From a virus (taxonomy: Duplodnaviria > Caudoviricetes): a stretch of DNA of 61,991 nt. Made by a program: the position numbers and the translations under genes. Position 1 is the first letter of the stretch. Each line of letters starts with the position of its first letter. Below, in pieces: positions 26,607-36,552 of this stretch. The stretch spans positions 1 through 61,991 of IMG/VR virus record IMGVR_UViG_3300030328_003511, one strand, 5' to 3'. The notes below the pieces were generated by a model, which did not search any database, was not told where the DNA came from, and saw only the letters and a program-made list of their open reading frames with translations.

Positions 26607-27067
26607 TATTTAATCTCCTTTGTATATAAATATCTTTTTACATCCCAACCTTTTGTTTTTAAAAAAGGCTGCCATCCAGGTCTTGCATGCACCGCTACTC
26701 TTTTACATTGTGTGCTCTTAGCTAAACCTTCTATAGTATTAGCAAGATCATCTTGCCATAATTCTCTTTTTTCCCCTTTTAATAAAATTACTTCACATTG
26801 ATTAAAGTTAGGAAGGGCCGTGATTCGTGTTACACAAACACCGAATACTTTATATTTAATCTCATCATCTGAGCCAAACATAATGAATAGCTGCAGCTGT
26901 CCTTGTTTAATCAACTTCTTAAGATCTAAAATACTCATAGGATCTCCATCATATTTTAAACCTTCTCTCAACATAAAGTCTACCAAATTCCAATACTCAT
27001 CTAAAGATGATGGAAATATTTCAAGCACTTCTACTTGCTTTTTTATTTTATTTTTGTGTGTTTGCAT
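26606..27067 (-). CDS. GNAT-fold-like virion assembly protein
   Basis: AK...C..V...RPGW pattern; sits among internal protein genes. Confidence 0.55.
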   Translation of the reverse strand: MQTHKNKIKKQVEVLEIFPSSLDEYWNLVDFMLREGLKYDGDPMSILDLKKLIKQGQLQLFIMFGSDDEIKYKVFGVCVTRITALPNFNQCEVILLKGEKRELWQDDLANTIEGLAKSTQCKRVAVHARPGWQPFLKTKGWDVKRYLYTKEIK

Positions 27068-27917
27068 TGACTAAATCAAAAACCCTTTTTAAATCTTTTT
27101 GTTGTTTATAAAAAAAATTAGCACCCGCTTTTCTCATACTCTTAAAATTTTTTGGATCACCTCCGGATAATATACCAGCTCCTAATACTGCATCTGCTCT
27201 AGATACAAACTCTCCGTCTGCTAATTGAGCCAGCATGGTATCTTCATCTTTATCTCCTACACCACTACCATCTTCAACATAGCCTTCTGCTCTTACATAA
27301 TTATTAAAATCATTCTCGTCATGACTGACTTTAGATGGTAAATAACTTACACCACCAGTATTAAATTTTTTTACAACTTCTGCTAAACCACCTTCGTTTG
27401 CATAAAACATATTTTGACCGTATATTTCAGAATCGGAAGGTAATGCCGAAGAACCCGGTTCAAAGCCACCTTCTAATTTTTGTGACTGTTCTTTGTAAGC
27501 TTGTTTATAATCTTCTTCAGTGAATTGTGGTTTTGCTGTTTCTTCTTCGCCTTCTAAAAATGGAAGTAGCATTGAAGCAGTCATTAGTTGACCGCCTGTT
27601 CCCATTCCTTTTAATCCAGAGCCTTTCATAGCTGCTGCGATTGCTTCTTCAGAAGCACCTTTACCTAAAGCTTCTTTAGCCGCTACTTCACTCATACCTT
27701 TTTTACCAAGTACAGAGCCTATACCGCTAAGTGGTTTACCTTGTCCTATACTTCCTAAAAAACCTCCAGAACCGCCTAACATACCTTTAGAGGTAGCTTG
27801 GCCTATACCATAAGAACCTATACCAAATAAAGCTGCGTCTCTTAAAGCTCTCTTTGTAGATTTTCCTCTAAGTTTTTGTACACCAAATGTGGCTAATGCT
27901 ATTGTAAATGGATCCAT
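27048..27917 (-). CDS. Internal virion protein
   Basis: NEGG and NTGG motifs; D...AQLADGEFV..ADAV domain. Confidence 0.65.
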   Translation of the reverse strand: MDPFTIALATFGVQKLRGKSTKRALRDAALFGIGSYGIGQATSKGMLGGSGGFLGSIGQGKPLSGIGSVLGKKGMSEVAAKEALGKGASEEAIAAAMKGSGLKGMGTGGQLMTASMLLPFLEGEEETAKPQFTEEDYKQAYKEQSQKLEGGFEPGSSALPSDSEIYGQNMFYANEGGLAEVVKKFNTGGVSYLPSKVSHDENDFNNYVRAEGYVEDGSGVGDKDEDTMLAQLADGEFVSRADAVLGAGILSGGDPKNFKSMRKAGANFFYKQQKDLKRVFDLVNANTQK

Positions 27918-27954
27918 ATACTATTTTCCTAATTATAGCATACATTATACCTTC

Positions 27955-28839
27955 TTACCTCTTCGTTATCAACTCATCCCCAAAACGACCTTCATAAGCA
28001 TGTTCGCCAATATGAACTATTCCCGACTTAACATAGGCATAACATTTACCACCTATATCTTTCCATAATTTACAAAAACTAAAATCTTCTCCTAAATATG
28101 TTTTAGTTTTAGGATCATGAAGACAATCAAAAAAATTCCACATATTTGGTCTATCTACATACTCACCATTTATAACTGTTTTTTGAACAATAGCTTTCTG
28201 TGGATAAGCTTTTATCATTTTTTCAAATACTGATCTTTTAATTAACATACATCCTGTTGGGCTGTGGGTTACTTCCATAACACCATCGTCCAGCATAATA
28301 CTGTTAGGGTTATCTACTTTCATAGGATAAGTGTTAAGCCATTTTTTTAAATCTTCTGGTTTTTTTACTTGGCCTTCTTGAATTTTTTTAAACAATTTAT
28401 CCCACATCATAGTCTTAAGAGGATAAGGTATAGATATTAATTCTTTATCTTTTTCAATCATCCTAAATATTGAAGGAGAGTGAAAGTATATATCTGAATC
28501 AATAAATAACATATGGGTATGATTTGTTTCTAAAAAACTAGATACACATAAATTTCTTCCTTGAGTAACCAAGGAAGACTTTAGTAAACAGAACTGAGTT
28601 TCAACACCTTTGTCTAAACCTAGTTTCTGTAATTCAAGTAATGCTTGTGCATAATGAATTGAACAGTCACTATGAACTGGAGTTGCTACAAATATTGAGT
28701 AATCAGCTTTTGATTTTTTTTCTTTAGCTTTATCTTTCCATAATGGAATAACTGCCTTTTGATCTGATTGAGGATCAGTTTTTATTTCAGTTAAAGTTTG
28801 ATAGGTGTCTTCATTTATAAATTGATTACTTTCTTTCAT
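27955..28839 (-). CDS. GT-A fold glycosyltransferase-like protein
   Basis: VATP...SLVTQGRN...LFIDSD...TGCMLIKR...GEDFSFC..W. Confidence 0.75.
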   Translation of the reverse strand: MKESNQFINEDTYQTLTEIKTDPQSDQKAVIPLWKDKAKEKKSKADYSIFVATPVHSDCSIHYAQALLELQKLGLDKGVETQFCLLKSSLVTQGRNLCVSSFLETNHTHMLFIDSDIYFHSPSIFRMIEKDKELISIPYPLKTMMWDKLFKKIQEGQVKKPEDLKKWLNTYPMKVDNPNSIMLDDGVMEVTHSPTGCMLIKRSVFEKMIKAYPQKAIVQKTVINGEYVDRPNMWNFFDCLHDPKTKTYLGEDFSFCKLWKDIGGKCYAYVKSGIVHIGEHAYEGRFGDELITKR

Positions 28840-29755
28840 TTAAAGCTCCTCTTAAAAAACTTGTCCATTCTTGTCCTTTTTTATTCCAATTATAAAATCT
28901 TTTATAAAACTTTTGTTGTTCGTCTAAATGCTCTTGAATAAAATCTTCATGTAAATAAGTAGCGGCAGTTTTAATTGCTGCAGCGGTATCAATCGCCATT
29001 TGTTCATAGTTAGTAGAATAATTTATATATATAGGCCACTCAGCGCATGTTTCATATAAGGCTCCAAAATTATTTGTAATTACATGTACACCTGCCGTTA
29101 GTGCTTCTAATGCAGATACACAAGATGTTTCTTCAAATATAGAAGGATATACAAACATATCATAATTAGGCATTTGTTCTAAAATATATTCATTAGGTTT
29201 ATATCCAATATAATTTACATTGGGTAAACTCTTAGCTTGTTCATATAATGGTATGTACTCTTTATCATTAAGTTTACTAAACTCGCTACCATATACTTGT
29301 GAAGAAGAATACACATCTAATGTAATATTAGGATCTGTTATTTCCTGCATTGCCCTTAATACTATGTTTAAACCTCTCCAAGGAGTACAATGATGGATTA
29401 ATTTTATTGGATCACCTTTTTTATAAATTTTTCTTTTTGGAAAATGTTCACAGGCATTTTTAATTACAATAGATTTTTCTGTGGGAATATTAAAAAAGTA
29501 TCTAAACTTTTCATAATTCCAATGGCTATTAAAAATATACCAATCATATTCTTGGTGTCTTGGTTTATCTCTAAAAAATTTTTGAAGGTTTGGCTGATCC
29601 CAAGAATTTTTTTGCCAAAGAATATTTAGTTTATTAGGATCAAGTGGAACCTTACCGGGAATAGATGTACATATTTGTACTTGATCTAAAAGTTCTTTTG
29701 GGACATGCTTATAAAGCATTTCCATTTGAAGTTCAGTTGCACCTCTGGGTTTCAT
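28826..29755 (-). CDS. GT-B (family 4-like) glycosyltransferase
   Basis: P.RGL...YPSIFEETSCVSALEA...GALYET. Confidence 0.85.
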   Translation of the reverse strand: MKPRGATELQMEMLYKHVPKELLDQVQICTSIPGKVPLDPNKLNILWQKNSWDQPNLQKFFRDKPRHQEYDWYIFNSHWNYEKFRYFFNIPTEKSIVIKNACEHFPKRKIYKKGDPIKLIHHCTPWRGLNIVLRAMQEITDPNITLDVYSSSQVYGSEFSKLNDKEYIPLYEQAKSLPNVNYIGYKPNEYILEQMPNYDMFVYPSIFEETSCVSALEALTAGVHVITNNFGALYETCAEWPIYINYSTNYEQMAIDTAAAIKTAATYLHEDFIQEHLDEQQKFYKRFYNWNKKGQEWTSFLRGALNERK

Positions 29756-29979
29756 TTTACTGTATCTATAGTAGTCTTTTCTTGTGTTTGTAGTTCAGTA
29801 AGTTTAGGATGATCTTTAGAAAATCGAATGTGGAGCTCTCCCACAATCTTTGATAAATTATTTACTAAATGTCTAATGTTCTCGTATTGAAATACTATTT
29901 TTTGTGTTTCTTGTAAATTTCTAATTTCTTCTTCACTAAAATGCATTTCTGCTTGTTTGTCTTTATAAACAAAGTTCAT
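29752..29979 (-). CDS. Hypothetical protein
   Basis: Coupled ORF. Confidence 0.6.
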   Translation of the reverse strand: MNFVYKDKQAEMHFSEEEIRNLQETQKIVFQYENIRHLVNNLSKIVGELHIRFSKDHPKLTELQTQEKTTIDTVK

Positions 29980-30173
29980 TATTCTTTAGTTTTAGATTCC
30001 ATAGAAACTCTAGCAACTGTTATTTCTAAATCTTGTCTAAAGTCTTCTGCCGTAGTATCTGTATTTGGATCTGCAACATCTGCATCAAATTCAGCTTTGT
30101 CTGCGTAGACTTTACCACTTCTTTTATTTTTAATTATTTCTTTTGCTTGAGCTGGTATTTTATTTATTGCCAT
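29979..30173 (-). CDS. Conserved hypothetical protein
   Basis: RBS present; DVADPNTDT motif. Confidence 0.65.
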   Translation of the reverse strand: MAINKIPAQAKEIIKNKRSGKVYADKAEFDADVADPNTDTTAEDFRQDLEITVARVSMESKTKE

Positions 30174-30217
30174 ATTTTTTCCTTTAGGTTTTTATATAAG
30201 GGGTTTTGTTTCTAATG

Positions 30218-30355
30218 TCAAACACGACCTTGTCCTTTATATCTAGTTAATTTTTTGTTTCTTTTTTCTGATTTGTTTAAGCTCTTTTTATGACGACCCG
30301 GGCGCTTACGAGGTTTTGGTCTGGGTACAAAATGGGTAAATTTAATTCTAGCCAT
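30218..30355 (-). CDS. Very basic 45-aa peptide
   Basis: Manual translation MARIKFTHFVPRPKPRKRPGRHKKSLNKSEKRNKKLTRYKGQGRV. Confidence 0.65.
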   Translation of the reverse strand: MARIKFTHFVPRPKPRKRPGRHKKSLNKSEKRNKKLTRYKGQGRV

Positions 30356-30689
30356 TTTCTTGAGATCTATCTATTTGAGCATAACTTACAATGCCTTGTA
30401 TCTCTCCGCCAGTCCCCGCAGTCATTTTTAAAATATCATTTTCTTCAAGTATTAAAGTTTGGTTAATAATATTTTCTACAGTTTCGGCAGCTATAGCTTT
30501 TCTCCAAATTGAAAAAGTAGTTGAAGCAGAACTATCAGTTACTTGTACAGATAAATTTACTGGACTACTAGAAGAATTATCAACTTGTATTTGTTTTATC
30601 AAGCATCGTGCATTTGAAGGTGATGTTAAAACAGAAGTAGTTCCTGTTGTTGTTAAATTTATACCTGCGTTTTTATATTGTATTGTCAT
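30348..30689 (-). CDS. Virion structural protein, beta-rich
   Basis: Position in the tail module; LILEENDILK pattern. Confidence 0.65.
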   Translation of the reverse strand: MTIQYKNAGINLTTTGTTSVLTSPSNARCLIKQIQVDNSSSSPVNLSVQVTDSSASTTFSIWRKAIAAETVENIINQTLILEENDILKMTAGTGGEIQGIVSYAQIDRSQENG

Positions 30690-30850
30690 GATATAAAAAA
30701 GTTAAAAGCATCTTGTTCATTTTTTAATTCTTGTTGGTATGATGTATTTAACTTATCCTTTAAAGTTTGTAAAGTCTGTGCAATCTGTCTTTGATTTTCT
30801 GCTGAATAATTTACAGTTGGCTCTGGTATTACAATATCTACTCTTGCCAT
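30686..30850 (-). CDS. Small tail-module protein, 54 aa
   Basis: Manual translation MARVDIVIPEPTVNYSAENQRQI...; coupled on both sides. Confidence 0.65.
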   Translation of the reverse strand: MARVDIVIPEPTVNYSAENQRQIAQTLQTLKDKLNTSYQQELKNEQDAFNFFIS

Positions 30851-33000
30851 TATCTCATTCCATCTGGTTGAACATCTGCTCTAAAAGTACCATATCTCCA
30901 ATTTTCATCTGTAGAAGTATTAGCTATTTTTAAACTAGCAAATCTTGATCTTGCTCTAGTATCAACTTTTTCTGTTGAGCTAGTAACAGTGAATGGTCCG
31001 AGAGGCGAGGATGATGCTGTGTCAGCCGGCCATTTTCTTAAGTTAATAGTTATTTGAGCATTACCAGTTAGTAATTTAAAATCTGGAACAAACCTTCTCA
31101 TGCTCATAAAAAATTCACCGTCTCCTCCTTGAGATAAATCAAAGTCTCCAGATTGAATATAAGCGGCAATAGCTGTCTTAGCTCCTGTATAATCTACTTG
31201 GTTATTACCTACCTCTTGAGCATAATATGTAGAAGCTCCATTTATTCCAGTTGCTCCTTGAATTGTAGGAAAACCTGGAGTAGCTGTTGAATTAAATTCA
31301 GTTGCATAAGGACTATCGAATAGTGTTGCATCGGCCCACGAAGTTCGAGACATAGATCCTGTTGTCCAAATATTTTCTGTATAATTATAAGTTACTACTC
31401 TATCAATTAATGAAGATCCATCTTTTGGATAAAACCAATTTATTTCATCATATAAATGATTTAGACCTGCATATATTTGTTCACCAGCAGAATAATTTAT
31501 ACCAAGGTTATCTCCTTTATTAGTAAATACAAAATCTTCAACTAAACATGGAACAGATTTTACTGTACCATCATAAACAAAAAAGCCACCGGCTTGGCCC
31601 ATCCACCACACCATACCATTTACATATTTAATAGCATGCTGTCCAATTAATCCACAATTTGATCCTACTTGTCTAATTGAAAAAGTAAAAGGAGGACCTA
31701 CAAACTGCATTACATACGCAGAAGTATCTGTTAAAATTAAAATATAATCTTTTGCTTTTGCAGCTCCTACAATTTTAACACCGGAATCTATTCTAAAAGT
31801 TCCAGCAGTATTAATTGATGTTGGTGCATAATCAGATATATCTTCTTGATCTGAAAACCTAATAAACATTTTATCTTGTGTTGAAGTTGTTGATATTGTG
31901 GTTTCAGTTCCAAGCATTATTAAATGTCTATCTCTTTCAGAAACAATAGACATAACCGATGCTGTTGGAGCTCCACTTACAACAGTTGCTCTTGTGGTTA
32001 ATGCTCCCGCTACAGAAGCAATTGGAGACCATTCATATGTTACTCCATTTTTAACTGTTGCAATTAATTTTTCTCCAAAATGATCTAAAGACCATGCTGC
32101 TGGATCTAAAACTACAGTTGATGTTAATGAAGCTACACCCCATCCTAAATAAACTTCTACCGAAGCTCCAGTAGAATGCGCTGATCTAGTTCCAGCTACG
32201 TCTCTAGTAATACCTGTTAAATCGTTTGTTGATATTCCAGTATAAGAAATAAATTCTGCTCCAACTTTTATAGTGCCGGACGTAGGAAAACCTGTAGTTG
32301 ACGAAAGAGTAATACTTGTACCCGAACCTCCAGTTCCGTTCGTGTCATCATTTAGAGATCCGTTTAACGTGCTTATAACTCCCGATGCTCCACCATAACC
32401 AGATGTACCCCAACCATACCCAGAGGTTTGGTTTAATGGGCCCACTGTAATGTATGGGTTTATAGTTGCTGAACCACTTGTTGCAACACTCGTTCCAGCG
32501 TTAGATGCCATAGTAATTTTAAATGTATCATTAGTTGGTACAGTGACTACTTGAAAAGTATTGGTTTCAAAATCAGCTGCTGTGTACCCAGCTCCAGTAG
32601 GAGGAGTAACAGAAGTAAATGTAAATAAATCTCCCTCAAGTAATCCGTGAGCAACTTTATTAACAGTTACCGAAGGATCAGTATTTACAGTTGTAAATGT
32701 TGCTCCTGTAATTGCAGTGCTTAAAGGTGTAATATCGTAAAAAGAATTTTCATAATAAATAAATAAACCTTTGTTAGTACCTAACGCAGCATATCTTCTA
32801 CCATCCAAATCAGCCCACACTAATTGTTCTCTGACTGCGCCAACAATAGTGTTCGTTGTTATTTGTTCCCATCCACCAATTTTTTCTGGTAGTCCATATC
32901 TAAATCTAACAAAGTCTCCATCTGTCCACTGACCTTCTGCGCCAGTAGGAGTAACTTGTTTATTAAATCCAGGTTTTATCTGTACATTTGTCAAAGGCAT
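30850..33000 (-). CDS. Tail tubular / DNA-stabilisation protein (P22 gp10-like)
   Basis: 716 aa beta-rich; W.DGD.VRFRYG.PEKIGGW and IRFSDQE patterns. Confidence 0.7.
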   Translation of the reverse strand: MPLTNVQIKPGFNKQVTPTGAEGQWTDGDFVRFRYGLPEKIGGWEQITTNTIVGAVREQLVWADLDGRRYAALGTNKGLFIYYENSFYDITPLSTAITGATFTTVNTDPSVTVNKVAHGLLEGDLFTFTSVTPPTGAGYTAADFETNTFQVVTVPTNDTFKITMASNAGTSVATSGSATINPYITVGPLNQTSGYGWGTSGYGGASGVISTLNGSLNDDTNGTGGSGTSITLSSTTGFPTSGTIKVGAEFISYTGISTNDLTGITRDVAGTRSAHSTGASVEVYLGWGVASLTSTVVLDPAAWSLDHFGEKLIATVKNGVTYEWSPIASVAGALTTRATVVSGAPTASVMSIVSERDRHLIMLGTETTISTTSTQDKMFIRFSDQEDISDYAPTSINTAGTFRIDSGVKIVGAAKAKDYILILTDTSAYVMQFVGPPFTFSIRQVGSNCGLIGQHAIKYVNGMVWWMGQAGGFFVYDGTVKSVPCLVEDFVFTNKGDNLGINYSAGEQIYAGLNHLYDEINWFYPKDGSSLIDRVVTYNYTENIWTTGSMSRTSWADATLFDSPYATEFNSTATPGFPTIQGATGINGASTYYAQEVGNNQVDYTGAKTAIAAYIQSGDFDLSQGGDGEFFMSMRRFVPDFKLLTGNAQITINLRKWPADTASSSPLGPFTVTSSTEKVDTRARSRFASLKIANTSTDENWRYGTFRADVQPDGMR

Positions 33001-33041
33001 GAGATATTATAACATATTAGACAATTATTTTAAATTACTGA

Positions 33042-33593
33042 CTAATTTTTAATTAAAGGTGCCCCTAAACTTACTCTTCTATCAAACTTATGCTCAGTAT
33101 ATGGCCCATCTTTATATACCCAATGTAAAAAAAGCTGCGCTTGTCCATCTCCTTGAAACTCTTCTCTCCAATGCTTTAGTTTTGCACCATGATATAAAGC
33201 AGCATCCCCGGGCTTTATAATTATTTTTTTATCTTCTACATGTAGAGGCCATTCAGTTCCACATCCACCTAGATTAATAGTAGCTGTAAGTTCACAACTA
33301 TCTCTATCTTTATGACTATCTAATACTGAATATTTAATATAGTACCTCCAAAAACTATAAGTAGGATGTAATTCTTTTTTAATTACTTCTTCAAATATTT
33401 TTGTTTTAAAGTGTAATAAAGTTTCCATAGCGGGATCAGCATAAAAAGCTGTTTCTCCTAATTTGGTTTGTTTATCATCAAAATTTGAAAAGTTATATGT
33501 ATGTCTCATTTGAGTATAAAAATTTAAAAACTTTAATTCTTCTTTACTCAAAACATTAGGCACATACCAAAAATTATCTTTTAATACATCCAT
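33042..33593 (-). CDS. Fe(II)/2OG oxygenase-like protein
   Basis: HKDRDSCE...PGDA..Y.G...HWRE...QLFLH. Confidence 0.8.
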   Translation of the reverse strand: MDVLKDNFWYVPNVLSKEELKFLNFYTQMRHTYNFSNFDDKQTKLGETAFYADPAMETLLHFKTKIFEEVIKKELHPTYSFWRYYIKYSVLDSHKDRDSCELTATINLGGCGTEWPLHVEDKKIIIKPGDAALYHGAKLKHWREEFQGDGQAQLFLHWVYKDGPYTEHKFDRRVSLGAPLIKN

Positions 33594-34159
33594 GAGACCA
33601 CTACATATCGCTTTCCAGAAATAAGAGGCTTAACCTTATGAGGAAAAAGTGTGTTACTAGGCCATACAATTAACCTACCTCCTTTTGGAGTTATTTCTTT
33701 AATTAATTCTTCTCCGTCAAAAAATTGTAAATCCCCTCCTTTATAATCATCATTTAGCATTAAAATAAAAGATAATTCTCTATATGCCGTAGGACAACAA
33801 TCTACATGTTTATTATAATGTCCTCCTACTTCATATTTTAAAATTGAAACATTAGTTACATTCTTTATTTGAGAAACATATTTATATTTGTTTGTAAAAT
33901 CAGCTCCTGCTTGAGAAATTCTATAAGATAAATATCTTAACCAATGAGTTTCAGTGTGACTTTTATTTGTACCTAAAGGATATTCTCCAACCTTTCTATC
34001 TTCTTCATTTATAATTTCAGTTCCATCATCTTTAATTATTTTTGCTTGTATAAACTCTGAATCTTTAAATGTTCTTATTATTGCAGAAACTGATTCTAAT
34101 GAAATAATATTATCATAAATTCTTATATATTTTTCTAATCCCATTGTTTTCTTTTCCAT
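33581..34159 (-). CDS. Prolyl-4-hydroxylase-like Fe(II)/2OG oxygenase
   Basis: Y..GGHY..HVD...LNDDYKGG.L...PS...PH.V.P...G.RY. Confidence 0.88.
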   Translation of the reverse strand: MEKKTMGLEKYIRIYDNIISLESVSAIIRTFKDSEFIQAKIIKDDGTEIINEEDRKVGEYPLGTNKSHTETHWLRYLSYRISQAGADFTNKYKYVSQIKNVTNVSILKYEVGGHYNKHVDCCPTAYRELSFILMLNDDYKGGDLQFFDGEELIKEITPKGGRLIVWPSNTLFPHKVKPLISGKRYVVVSWMY

Positions 34160-34881
34160 ATGTTGTCTCTATACCATCTTTTAAGTTTTGTAGCATATTG
34201 AAAATAACTGGATTCATATTGTTCTTTATTTTTAATTTTAATATTCATTTTCCATTTTTCTCTTTTAAAAGGAATAACTCCAACTATTGGTTCTCCTTTT
34301 TTTAAAAGCCAAGTACCTTTTTTTCTTAATACTATTGGAAAATTAGTAGGAAGATCATAACCTTCATCTACAATTCCAGATAAAACCGTGAACCGTGGTT
34401 CTGGTCTATTTATTAAAGGACAAAATAAAACACTATAACCTGGAGGTAATACCATACTAAAAGGATTTATTATTTTATAGAGAGCTCTATCGGCATTCAT
34501 TTTAACAAAAGGACATCCACCCTCTGTTCCTCCAAGCTGCTCAATTGGATGGGTTTCTATTCCTGCATTAATATTATAAAATAATTGATTATGTTGTAAG
34601 TATGCTAATTGTTTATTGATATCTACAGAAATATGCTCATTACCATCTTCATCTGGTGTTAGGAAATTAAACTGTTGATCTATTGGATTTTTTAAAATGT
34701 ACCCAGCCATTAAAGAATCTTGAAATGGCATACAAGCTTTTATAGTTAATCCTACTCTATCATGTTTAAGTTTAAGTGGAATTTTTTTATACCATTCTGG
34801 TAAATGTAATTTAGCTGGTTCCGGCTGAATAGCCTTATCTTCTGCAATATCCTTTGCAGCAAGGAATGTAATGTCTGGCAT
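34135..34881 (-). CDS. DUF6065-like hypothetical protein
   Basis: PEWYK..TIKACMPF.D...GY...PPGYS...GIVD...KGEP...IPFKRE; a family often found beside phage oxygenases. Confidence 0.55.
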   Translation of the reverse strand: MPDITFLAAKDIAEDKAIQPEPAKLHLPEWYKKIPLKLKHDRVGLTIKACMPFQDSLMAGYILKNPIDQQFNFLTPDEDGNEHISVDINKQLAYLQHNQLFYNINAGIETHPIEQLGGTEGGCPFVKMNADRALYKIINPFSMVLPPGYSVLFCPLINRPEPRFTVLSGIVDEGYDLPTNFPIVLRKKGTWLLKKGEPIVGVIPFKREKWKMNIKIKNKEQYESSYFQYATKLKRWYRDNIWKRKQWD

Positions 34882-34884
34882 AAT

Positions 34885-35319
34885 CTATACTTCTAATACA
34901 AGAGGTATAGGTATACTATTTTTTTCCGATGCGTCAACCCAATTATATCCAGTAACAGAAGCCATTGCGCCTCCATCATCTAGTGAGTCGTAGTTAGTTG
35001 ATTTTAAAGTGTTAAGATCAGTTGCCCAGTGTGAAGGAGCATTGTCATGATTAGCTACACTATGTTCTGCTATTGTAACAAATTTAGCTAATTCTTCTTC
35101 TAGTTCTAATCTTGTAAAAGTTATTACTGGTGCTTCAGAGTTATCTACCCAAGTTCCATCTTTCTCGTAAGATTTAGTTGACCATCTAACTCCATTAAAT
35201 TGATCGTCACTTATTGATGAAGAAGTGTATCCTTGAGCTTCCCAAAAATCTTTAGCTTCATCAGTAGAAGCTAATCTTGAGAAAGATCCGTCTGTGTTTA
35301 ATATAATATGCTTTGCCAT
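34885..35319 (-). CDS. Hypothetical protein, possible tail-fibre chaperone
   Basis: Immediately downstream of the tail fibre gene. Confidence 0.55.
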   Translation of the reverse strand: MAKHIILNTDGSFSRLASTDEAKDFWEAQGYTSSSISDDQFNGVRWSTKSYEKDGTWVDNSEAPVITFTRLELEEELAKFVTIAEHSVANHDNAPSHWATDLNTLKSTNYDSLDDGGAMASVTGYNWVDASEKNSIPIPLVLEV

Positions 35320-35328
35320 TTTTTATCC

Positions 35329-36513
35329 TTAACTTATATGGTTATCAATTACAATTAAGAATCCAGCTGATTGTGAAGCTCCACCAGGAGCCATAAATCC
35401 ATCATCTGCATCTAAAGTTATTGTTGCACTTGGAGCCGTACCAGCTGTGCCCGGAGAGGGAGTAAATGGAGGAGATCTTCTTCCTCCTGCTCCACCGTTT
35501 CCGCCGTTTACAGTTAATAAGTTTGTAACTTCTGTTGCACCACCAGCATTTCCAGCAGGTGCATTTCCACCCGAAGCATTTCCATTGTTTCCTTGAGATC
35601 CAACAGAATAAGCATAACCAGTTCCACCAGTAGGAGTGACTTCGTAATAACCATAGCCACCTTTTCCACCAGTTCCCCCAGAACCCCAACCTTGTGAAGG
35701 CCCACCGTTTCCGCCACCGCCAGCACATGCAAAAATTCTTGCTTTACTTACTGATGGATGTGGAGTGTATGTTCCAGATGCAGGTCCTTTTGTCATTATT
35801 ACCTCTCCCATATTTGCTGCACTTACTGTTCCCGAAGAGGCTGCAGTAAGTCTTCCCTGTGCATCAACTGTAATTGAAGCAAGAGTGTATGAGGCTGCTG
35901 TTACAGCAGTGTCTGCTAATTTATCTGCAGTTACTGCATCGTCTGCAATTTTAGCAGTAGTTACATTTTTATTTGAAATATGTGCAGTCAATACTGCATT
36001 GTCTGAGATAGCTACACTTAAAATTGCATCATCATCAATTTTAGCTGCAGTTACTGCATCGTCTGCAATTTGTGCAGTTCCAATAGTTCCACCTAAAGTA
36101 TCTAGAGATACTTCTACAATGTTTGTGCCATTTGAATAAGCAGCATAAATTTTTGCGGCATCTGGAGTAAATCCAGTTCCACTTGCAGTTTTAATTGTAA
36201 GATTACTTGGATTCGTTAAAGCTGTACAATCAAAAATATAAAATTTTTCTATTGAATCTGGGATGGTACAAATTGTGCTTGCAGCAATTGAAGCTGAAGC
36301 AAATTTAATTACCATATTTCTAGCATTAGAAATAGTTTTATCAGTCATTGCTAAAGCTAAAGTTCCACCACTTGATAGTGTTACTTGCTCGTATCCTGCA
36401 ATAGCTTGTTGTATTAAATTTAAATTGTTATTAGTGTTATCGCCCCAAGTACCAGCATTTTCACCGGTTACCATTAATTCTAATTTTAAGTCTGCCGAAT
36501 AAGTAGATGTCAT
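35329..36513 (-). CDS. Tail fibre protein
   Basis: N-terminal GENAGTWG..TN.NL anchor, 10-aa AVTAAKIADD-type repeats, Gly-rich C-terminus. Confidence 0.8.
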   Translation of the reverse strand: MTSTYSADLKLELMVTGENAGTWGDNTNNNLNLIQQAIAGYEQVTLSSGGTLALAMTDKTISNARNMVIKFASASIAASTICTIPDSIEKFYIFDCTALTNPSNLTIKTASGTGFTPDAAKIYAAYSNGTNIVEVSLDTLGGTIGTAQIADDAVTAAKIDDDAILSVAISDNAVLTAHISNKNVTTAKIADDAVTADKLADTAVTAASYTLASITVDAQGRLTAASSGTVSAANMGEVIMTKGPASGTYTPHPSVSKARIFACAGGGGNGGPSQGWGSGGTGGKGGYGYYEVTPTGGTGYAYSVGSQGNNGNASGGNAPAGNAGGATEVTNLLTVNGGNGGAGGRRSPPFTPSPGTAGTAPSATITLDADDGFMAPGGASQSAGFLIVIDNHIS

Positions 36514-36552
36514 ATATATGTATTCTCCTAAATAATTATAATTTTACCTTAA

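Noticed and set aside
35329-36513. Diversity-generating retroelement or invertible tail-fibre cassette
   Set aside because: No reverse transcriptase, invertase or adenine-variable template repeat. The 26-bp duplicate near 35925 and 36045 reflects the 10-aa protein repeat.
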